Shown one piece after another: positions 41,021 to 49,300 of a stretch of 64,000 bases of DNA. This stretch comes from Myxococcota bacterium. GTDB lineage: Bacteria; Myxococcota_A; UBA9042; PHBI01; JAWLBL01. How positions within the stretch are numbered: position 1 is the first letter of the stretch; the number at the start of each line of letters is the position of its first letter. A model generated the notes under the pieces. It ran no database searches, was not told the DNA's origin, and saw nothing but the letters and a program-made list of their open reading frames with translations. The stretch lies in NCBI GenBank assembly GCA_041687695.1, contig JAWLBL010000010.1, positions 130,676 through 194,675 on the forward strand, in the 5' to 3' direction. The position numbers and the translations under genes were made by a program.

Positions 41021-43564
41021 ATGAGGATCCGTGTCCGCCCCCGCGCCCTAGGGGCCGCACTGCTCTCGACCCTGCTGCTCGCCCCGGCGACCTCCGACCC
41101 CACCTGGGCGGGGCCTCCAGACCCCAGCCCCCGGCCGCTGGTGGTCCCGTGGTCGGTGGCCGCCGAGGCCGAGGGCGTCGACGCGACCCTCTACCACGCC
41201 GCCGGCCTGGGCTTCGTGTCCGGCCTCGAGCTCGGCCTGGGTGTCCACGCCCGCCTCGACGACGACGCGCCCCCGTCGTCGGTCACCGGCCTGGTCGGCG
41301 GGCGCCTGGGCCCGTTCGCCCTGGGCCTGGGGCTCTCGCGCCTGGGCGACGGCTTCGGCACCTCGGGCGTCAGCCACCGCTTCGACGTCGGGCTCGCGAT
41401 GCGCCTGGGCGACGCGTTCTCCCTCGGCGTCCAGCGCCACAGCCTGTCGCACGACACGGCCGCCGCCCTCGACGACTACGCGGCCTGGTCCCTGTCCGCC
41501 ACCTGGCGCCCGGCCCGCGCCCTGTCCGTCGCCGGCGCCCTCGACCGCGTCGACAAGCCCCGCCTGGGCCTGGCCACCCTGGACCCCGTCGCCCGCCTCA
41601 GCGTCGGCCTGCGGCCCGGGACCGAGCGCCTCACCCTGGCCCTCGAGGCGGCCGCCGACCTCGGCGACGACGGCCCGCTCAGCGGCGCCGCCTCCCTGCG
41701 CGCCATGGTGCTCCCCGGGCTCGGCCTGGGCGCCTACGGGCGCTACTCCGAGGCCGACCTCCTCGGCCCCGAGCGCGTCGAGTGGGGCGCCTGGCTCGGG
41801 CTCTACCAGTCCGGGGTCGTCCTCGAGAGCAGCGTCGACGCCTTCACCCCGTCGGACGACGCCGACCCGTCCGGCGCCGCCCTCGCGTTCCTCTTGCGCG
41901 CCGGCGTCGACCAGACCCCGACCCTGCTGCGCCGCTCGAGCCAGGTCGTGCTGCTGACCGTCCGCGGCACCATCGCCGAGCGCCCCAAGCCCACGCTCTT
42001 CGCCCAGGGGCCCACGCCCTTCGGCCACTGGCTGATGGCCCTCGACGCCATGGGCCGCGACGACGACGTCGCCGGCGTGGTCATCCGCCTCGAGGGGGCC
42101 CCCGGCTGGGGGCAGTCCTGGGAGCTGCGGCAGGCCCTGACGCGCCTCAAGGAGCGCGGCAAGAAGGTCTTCTTCTATCTGAACACCGGCGACATGCGAG
42201 CGATGTACCTGGCCTCGGTCGGCGACCGCATCTGGCTGCACCCGGCGGGCGGCCTGTGGCTGACCGGGCTCGCGGTGACCCAGCAGTACTTCGCCGAGCT
42301 GCTCGGGCGCCTCGGCGTCAACCCCGAGTTCGTCAAGTGGGACGAGTTCAAGTCGGCCCCCGAGCGCCTGACGCGGCGGGGCCCGTCCGACCCGGCGCAG
42401 CTGCAGCAGCGCGTGCTGATGGAGGCCTTCCGCGACGCCTGGTACGACGCCGTGTCGACCGGCCGCAGCCTGCCGCGCGACCAGCTCACGGCCATCCTGG
42501 ACGACGGCCCGCAGACGATGGACATGGCGGTCCAGCTGCGCCTGGTCGACGCGCTGGTCCACCAGGACGAGATCGACGACCGCCTGCGCGAGATCCTGGG
42601 GCCCGGCGCCCATCTGGTGCGCTCGTGGAAGCCGCCGCGCTCGGGCTGGCGCCGCTGGTCCAGCCCGGACCGGGTGGCGATCATCCCCATCGTCGGCAAC
42701 ATCGTCGACGGCAAGACGCTGCCGGCGACCCCGCTGTTCGGCGAGGAGACCACCGGCGACGAGTCCATCGTGCAGGTGCTGCAGAGCGCGGCCAGCGACG
42801 ACGACGTGTTGGGGGTCGTCCTGCGGGTCGACAGCCCCGGAGGCGCCGTCATCGCCAGCGACAAGATGCACCGGGCCGTGCAGCGCGTCGCCCGCCGCAA
42901 GCCGGTCGTCGTCAGCTTCGGCAACATCGCCGCCAGCGGCGGCTACTACGCCGCCGTCGGCGCGCCCACCATCGTCGCGCCGCCGACCACCATCACCGGC
43001 AGCATCGGCATCTTCTCGGGCAAGGTCGACCTCAGCGGGCTCTACGCGCTGCTGGGCATCGACACCTTCACCTACAAGGAGCGGCCGCACGCCGACTTCA
43101 TGGGCGACCACCGGCCCTTCACCCCCGAGGAGCGCGAGCGCGCCCGCGAGCGCCTGCGCACCTATTACATGCGCTTCGTGACCCTGGTGGCGCAGGGCCG
43201 GAACCTGCCGGTCGAGGAGGCCCTCGAGCGCGCCAAGGGCCGCGTCTACCCCGGCTCGCTGGCCATCGACCTGAAGCTGGTCGACCGCGCCGGCTCGCTG
43301 TGGGACGCCATCGCCGAGGTGCGCCGCAAGGCCGGTCAGGACGAGGACGACGCCTTCTCGCTGTCCTACCCCGAGACCCCGCGTGGGCTGGGCGACCTGA
43401 CGCGGATGTTCGCCAGCGAGGTGCTGCTCGAGACCCCGGCGGCGGCCGTCGCCAGCGGAGAGGACGCCGCGCTGGCGGTGGTGCGGCGCCTGGTGCAGGC
43501 CTTGGCGCCGATGCAGCGGGGCGGGGATCTGGCCCGCATGCCGGTCGAGATCGAGATCCGCTGA
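41021..43564 (+). CDS. sppA: Signal peptide peptidase SppA (67K type, S49) with ~290 aa N-terminal beta-rich domain
   Basis: EFKSAPE (catalytic Lys region), VVLRVDSPGG, AASGGYY (catalytic Ser), TITGSIGI, AKGRVY, LVD..G. Confidence 0.9.
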   Translation: MRIRVRPRALGAALLSTLLLAPATSDPTWAGPPDPSPRPLVVPWSVAAEAEGVDATLYHAAGLGFVSGLELGLGVHARLDDDAPPSSVTGLVGGRLGPFALGLGLSRLGDGFGTSGVSHRFDVGLAMRLGDAFSLGVQRHSLSHDTAAALDDYAAWSLSATWRPARALSVAGALDRVDKPRLGLATLDPVARLSVGLRPGTERLTLALEAAADLGDDGPLSGAASLRAMVLPGLGLGAYGRYSEADLLGPERVEWGAWLGLYQSGVVLESSVDAFTPSDDADPSGAALAFLLRAGVDQTPTLLRRSSQVVLLTVRGTIAERPKPTLFAQGPTPFGHWLMALDAMGRDDDVAGVVIRLEGAPGWGQSWELRQALTRLKERGKKVFFYLNTGDMRAMYLASVGDRIWLHPAGGLWLTGLAVTQQYFAELLGRLGVNPEFVKWDEFKSAPERLTRRGPSDPAQLQQRVLMEAFRDAWYDAVSTGRSLPRDQLTAILDDGPQTMDMAVQLRLVDALVHQDEIDDRLREILGPGAHLVRSWKPPRSGWRRWSSPDRVAIIPIVGNIVDGKTLPATPLFGEETTGDESIVQVLQSAASDDDVLGVVLRVDSPGGAVIASDKMHRAVQRVARRKPVVVSFGNIAASGGYYAAVGAPTIVAPPTTITGSIGIFSGKVDLSGLYALLGIDTFTYKERPHADFMGDHRPFTPEERERARERLRTYYMRFVTLVAQGRNLPVEEALERAKGRVYPGSLAIDLKLVDRAGSLWDAIAEVRRKAGQDEDDAFSLSYPETPRGLGDLTRMFASEVLLETPAAAVASGEDAALAVVRRLVQALAPMQRGGDLARMPVEIEIR

Positions 43565-43586
43565 GCGGCGCGCGGCCGCCGCCGGC

Positions 43587-44744
43587 TCAGTCGCAGCCGG
43601 CGGCGTCCCGGACGCGCTGGATCTCGCCCAGCAGCTCGGGGTCCAGGACCAGCGTCATCAGCTTGTCGTCCTGGATGCCCAGCTTGGGCAGGTCCTCGGT
43701 GGCCGCCAGGAACAGCCACGCGCGCCCCCACACGGTCAGGACGACGTCGCGCCAGCAGGCCGACCCGACCAGCTGCTGGTAGGCCGCCGGGACCTCGAGG
43801 CGCGCCATGCGCAGGTAGCGCTCGAGGTACCACAGGAAGGTCAGGATGCCGTCGCGCTCGCTGACGGTGTTCGCCAGGCGGTCGTGGAACGCGTAGCCCG
43901 TGGCCAGCGAGTTCACGTACTGCACCGTCTCCTCGAGCAGCATGTCGAAGCCCTGGTCGCCGCTGTCGAAGGTGCCGTCGTCGGGGTCGCCGTCCAGATA
44001 CACGTTGGCGTAGCCGTCGCAGCCGCTGAACCCGCCGGGCGGGCAGGGCGGGTGGAGGTCGGCGTAGGCGTCGTCGAGGAGCCGGCTGCGCGCGAACATG
44101 AGGCCGCCCGCCTGCGAGCTGCCGCCGCTGCAGGTGTACTTCACCGCGTCGGTGATGATGTACGCCGCGCCGTCGAAGCCGCCCTGGGCGATGTCGAAGA
44201 AGTGGCCGCACTCGTGGACGATGGTGGACAGCTGGCCGATGACCTGGTCGGCGGTGGCCTTCTGACCGAGGAAGAGGTCGACGCAGTGGCCCCAGGCCTG
44301 GTTCTGCAGCCCGCCCTGCACGAGGTGCCAGCCGAGCGGGTAGCGCGTGGTCAGCGCGTCCTCGATGAAGGCCATGTAGTTCGCCTGGCCGTAGCCGGCG
44401 ACGACGTCGTCGAGGCTGGCGGACGCGGCGGGCAGCGTCTCGGTGTACTGGCCGTCGAGGCACGCCGGGTCCACCGGCCCTTCGAGCGGCGGCGTCACCG
44501 CGTCTGGCGGACCGGCGGAGTCGGGCGGCGGCGTCGTGGTGTCGGCTTGGACCGAGGTGTCCTGGTCGCTGGCGTCGCCGACGGCGCCGTCATGGCCGGA
44601 GAGTCCGTCGGGGTCACCCTTGCCGACGTCGCCGGCGTCGACCGGCCAGGGGCCGCTGGCGGTGCCCGCGCCGGGGCCGTCGCACGCGAGGAGGGACATG
44701 AGGGGCAGGGCGCCGAGCGCCGCGATCCAGAGGGTGTGTCGCAT
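43587..44744 (-). CDS. Lipoprotein with HExxH motif (putative zinc metallopeptidase)
   Basis: MRHTLWIAALGALPLMSLLA-C; low-complexity Asp/Pro linker; TIVHECGHFFD and downstream LLEE. Confidence 0.65.
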   Translation of the reverse strand: MRHTLWIAALGALPLMSLLACDGPGAGTASGPWPVDAGDVGKGDPDGLSGHDGAVGDASDQDTSVQADTTTPPPDSAGPPDAVTPPLEGPVDPACLDGQYTETLPAASASLDDVVAGYGQANYMAFIEDALTTRYPLGWHLVQGGLQNQAWGHCVDLFLGQKATADQVIGQLSTIVHECGHFFDIAQGGFDGAAYIITDAVKYTCSGGSSQAGGLMFARSRLLDDAYADLHPPCPPGGFSGCDGYANVYLDGDPDDGTFDSGDQGFDMLLEETVQYVNSLATGYAFHDRLANTVSERDGILTFLWYLERYLRMARLEVPAAYQQLVGSACWRDVVLTVWGRAWLFLAATEDLPKLGIQDDKLMTLVLDPELLGEIQRVRDAAGCD

Positions 44745-44892
44745 GGCCGCGGAGCGTAGCAGAGGCAGCGGCGCGGCCGCGAGCGGATCCGCGGCTACGG
44801 CTTTGCTCGACTTCCGGCGCGGCGGCGGGTAATGGGCTGCGCGGCGGGCGCGAGACGAACGAGTCGCCCGCCTCCCTTTCAGGAGCCCCGAG

Positions 44893-46260
44893 ATGACCTG
44901 CCCCGTCGAGTTCACCGTCGAGAGCGTCGACCGATCCAGCGGCGCCCGCGCCGCCGTCCTGAAGCTGGGCCGCGGCACCATCCGCACCCCGGTCTTCATG
45001 CCGGTCGGCACCCAGGCCGCCATCCGCGCCATGCCGCCGCTGTTCCTGTCCGAGATCAAGACGCAGATCATCCTCGCGAACACCTACCACCTGCACCAGC
45101 GGCCGGGAGAGGAGATCGTCGCCAAGCTCGGCGGGCTCCACCGCTTCATGGGCGTGGATCTGCCCATCCTGACCGACTCGGGCGGCTTCCAGGTCTTCTC
45201 GCTCGACAAGAAAGAGATCACCGAGGAGGGCGTCGCCTTCTCGTACGAGGTCGACGGCAAGCCGACGGTGCTGTCGCCCGAGGTGTCGATGGCCATCCAG
45301 CAGAAGCTGGGCTCGGACATCGCGATGGCCTTCGACGAGTGCCTGCCGCCCGACGCGTCGCGCGCCCGCACCGAGACCTCGGTCGACATGACGGCCCGGT
45401 GGGCCGAGCGCTGCGTCAAGGCCCACGACCGCCCCGACCAGTCGCTGTTCGGCATCGTGCAGGGCGGCATGTTCCCCGATCTGCGCCAGCGCTCGGTGTC
45501 GCAGATCACCTCGCTCGGCTTCGACGGCTACGCCATCGGCGGCCTGTCGGTCGGCGAGGGGCCCGAGCTGATGAACCGGGTCCTCGCCGAGACGACGCCG
45601 CACATGCCGGCGCACCTGCCGCGCTACCTGATGGGCGTGGGCCGGCCGCAGGACCTCGTCGACGGCGTCGCGCTGGGCGTCGACATGTTCGACTGCGTCA
45701 TCCCGACCCGCCACGCGCGCAGCGGCACGCTGTACACCTTCCAGGGCCGCATCCGCATCACGCACAACCGCTACCGGCGCGACGCGTACCCCATCGACAC
45801 GACCTGCCCCTGCTACACCTGCCGGCACTTCTCGCGCGCCTACCTGCACCACCTCTTCAGCGTGGGCGAGGTGCTGGGCGCGACCCTGTGCACCATCCAC
45901 AACCTGACGTTCTTCCAGGAGCTGATGACGAACCTGCGGCAGTCGATCGTCGACGGGCGCTTCGCCAGCTTCCGCAAGGACATCAAGGCCCTGTACCCCG
46001 AGACCGGCGAGGCCGCGGGCGTCGAGCGCGACGAAGTGGACGCCGAGAAGCGGCAGGCGGCCAGCCGCCAGGCCCAGACGCGGCAGGTCGAGCGGCCCAA
46101 GCGCATGCCGGCGCCCGAGCCCCGGGCCGCCGGTCGCGCCGCCAGCCGAGCGGGTGATCGCGGCGAGGCGCGCCCGAGCAAGTCCGCCTCGCGTGGGGGC
46201 GGGGGGCGTTCGTCGGGTGGCGCGCCGGCCCGCAAGGGCGGCGGTCGCAAGAAGGGCTGA
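44893..46260 (+). CDS. tgt: Queuine tRNA-ribosyltransferase (tRNA-guanine transglycosylase)
   Basis: TPVFMPVGT, ILANTYHL, LTDSGGFQVFSL, FGIVQGG, PRYLMGVG, DMFDCVIPTR, CPCYTC...HN (Zn site). Confidence 0.98.
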   Translation: MTCPVEFTVESVDRSSGARAAVLKLGRGTIRTPVFMPVGTQAAIRAMPPLFLSEIKTQIILANTYHLHQRPGEEIVAKLGGLHRFMGVDLPILTDSGGFQVFSLDKKEITEEGVAFSYEVDGKPTVLSPEVSMAIQQKLGSDIAMAFDECLPPDASRARTETSVDMTARWAERCVKAHDRPDQSLFGIVQGGMFPDLRQRSVSQITSLGFDGYAIGGLSVGEGPELMNRVLAETTPHMPAHLPRYLMGVGRPQDLVDGVALGVDMFDCVIPTRHARSGTLYTFQGRIRITHNRYRRDAYPIDTTCPCYTCRHFSRAYLHHLFSVGEVLGATLCTIHNLTFFQELMTNLRQSIVDGRFASFRKDIKALYPETGEAAGVERDEVDAEKRQAASRQAQTRQVERPKRMPAPEPRAAGRAASRAGDRGEARPSKSASRGGGGRSSGGAPARKGGGRKKG

Positions 46261-46399
46261 GCCGCCGCCGTCGGGAGCCCGCCCGCGCGCGGGGTTGAAC
46301 CGACGCGCCCGGCGCGGCTACAACAGGGACCTCCGAGAGCCAGCCCGCGCGCGCATCCTGCCCGCGGGCGGGCCTTACGGGCGAGCGAGGGGCGGGCGA

Positions 46400-49300
46400 A
46401 TGCGGGGCAGGCCGAGTTGGGGGGTAGTCGTCGGGCTCGTCGCCGCGCTGGCGGCCGGCTGCGGGGAGGGCGGCGTCGCGGGCTCGTTCAACGACGCCGA
46501 CATCGGCAAGGCGAGCGACGCGCCGGACGTGCCGGACGTCCCGGACGTGCCCGAGGTGACCGACCGCGGCCCCGACGTCCCCAAGGAGCCCTGCGAGGCG
46601 CCGGCCGAGCTGGGCTGCCCGTGCAAGGAGAACGCGACCTGCGGGTCGGGCTACTGCGTGCCGACCGCCGAAGGCAGCGTGTGCACGCAGACCTGCGACG
46701 AGGCGTGCCCGGACGGCTGGGCGTGCAAGCAGCTGGCCGTGGGCGCGGACCCGGTCTTCATCTGCCGGCAGATCGGCGTGAACCTGTGCCGGCCGTGCAA
46801 CGACAACGAGGAGTGCCAGGAGAACGCGGCGGGCACGGGCCACGCGTGCGTCGACTGGGGCCCCGAGGCGGGCCGGTTCTGCGCGACCGCGTGCGAGAGC
46901 GACGGCGACTGTGACGAAGGCTATGCCTGCAAGGACGTGGTGGACGTCGACGGCGCCGAGACGCGCCAGTGTCTGCCGGTCGAGGGCGAGTGCGGGTGCT
47001 CGCCGCTCGCGCGGACGCTGGGCGCCGCGACGGTGTGCTCGCGCTCGGGCGACCTCGGGACGTGCACGGGCCAGCGCCGCTGTGACGCCGACGGGCTGAC
47101 CGCGTGCGACGCGCAGGTGCCGACGGTCGAGGTGTGCGACGGCAAGGACAACGACTGCGACGGCGTGACCGACGGCCTGCCGTCGGGCCAGAGCTGCGAG
47201 CGCACCAACCAGTGGGGCTCGTGCCCCGGCGTGCTGTCGTGTCTGGGCGACGAGGAGGTCTGCGACGCCCCCGAGCCGGCCAAGGACCTGTGCAACGGCC
47301 TGGACGAGGACTGCGACGGGCTGACCGACGAGGACTGGGCCGACACCGACGGGGATCTCGTCGCCGATTGCGTGGACGACGACGACGACGGCGACGGCAT
47401 CCTGGACGAGGTGGACAACTGCCCGCTCGTCCCGAACACCGACCAGGCCGACTTCGACGAGGACGGCCTTGGGGACGCCTGCGACCCGGACGACGACGAC
47501 GACGGGTCGCCGGACGTCGCGGACTGCGCGCCGTTCGACGCGACCATCAGCCCGCTGGTCGAGGAGATCTGCGATCTCGTCGACAACGACTGCGACGGGC
47601 TGACCGACGAGGGCTTCCCGAACAGCGACGGCGACGCGCTGCCCGACTGCCTGGACGACGACGACGACGACGACGGCCTGCTGGACGGCGAGGACAACTG
47701 CCCCAAGGTGGTCAACCCGGACCAGGTCGACGCCGACGGCGACGGGCTGGGTGACGCGTGCGACCCGGACGACGACAACGACGGGGTCCCGGACGGCGCC
47801 GACAACTGCCCGTTCGACCCCAACCCCCAGCAGGCCGACCTCGACGGCGACGGGGTGGGCGACGTCTGCGACGACGATCTCGACGGGGACGGGGTCGCCA
47901 ACGGGGGCGACAACTGCCCGACGATCAAGAACGCGCTGCAGATCGACACCGACGGCGACGGGCTGGGTGACGCCTGCGACGAGGACGACGACGACGACGG
48001 CGTCCCGGACGCCATGGACAACTGCCCCAAGGTCTACAACCCGGACCAGAAGAACACCGACGGGATGGGGCCGGGCGACGCCTGCAGCGACGACATCGAC
48101 GGCGACGGTGTCAAGGACGACGTCGACAACTGCGTCGACGTCGTCAACCCGGACCAGCTGAACTCGGACGACGACGAGCTCGGCGACGCCTGCGACGAGG
48201 ACGACGACGGCGACGGCATCCCGGACGTGGTCGACAACTGTCCGAAGAAGGCCAACCCCGAGCAGGACGACCTGGACGGCGACGGGTTGGGCGACGCCTG
48301 CGACGGCGACGACGACGGCGACGGCTGGGCCGACGCGCTGGACAACTGCCCGATGGTGGCCAACCCCGACCAGGGCGACCTCGACGGCGACGGCCTGGGG
48401 GACGCCTGCGACCCGGACATCGACGGCGACAACCTGCCGAACACGGGCGACAACTGCCCGACCGTGAAGAACTCGACCCAGTCCGACGTGGACCAGGACG
48501 GGCTCGGCGACGCCTGCGACGACGACAACGACAACGACGGCATCAAGGACGTCAGCGACAACTGCCCGGCGGTGCCCAACGCGTTCCAGCAGGACCTGGA
48601 CGGCGACGGCGTGGGCGACGCCTGCGATCCGGACGTGGACGGCGACGGCGTCGACAACGCGGCCGACAACTGCCCGACGGTGGCCAACGCGTCGCAGGCC
48701 GACCACGACGGGGACGGGGCGGGCGACGCCTGCGACCCGGACGACGACGACGACGGGGTCGAGGACGACTTCGACAACTGCCCGTGGGTCAAGAACGCCG
48801 ACCAGAAGAACCACGACAACGACGCCTACGGCGACGTCTGCGACCCGGACGACGACAACGACGGCGTCCCGGACGAGAGCGACAACTGCCCGTGGCTGGC
48901 CAACCCGGGGCAGGCGGACCAGGACAAGGACGGGCAGGGCGACGCGTGCGACGCCGATCGCGACGGCGACGGCGTCCCGAACGCCGCCGACAACTGCCCG
49001 ACGGTGAGCAACGCCGACCAGCTCGACACCGACAAGGACGGGCAGGGCGACGCCTGCGACGTCGACAACGACGGCGACGGGACCGCCGACGGCATCGACA
49101 ACTGCCCGGTGCTGTTCAACCCGCTGCAGAAGGACTCCGACGGGGACGGGGTGGGTGACGCCTGCGACCCCGACGACGACGGCGACGGGGTGCCGGACGT
49201 CGACGACAACTGCCCGCTGACCCCCAACGCCGAGCAGGTCGACAACGACGGCGACGGCCTCGGTGACGCCTGCGACCCGGACGACGACAACGACGGCGTG

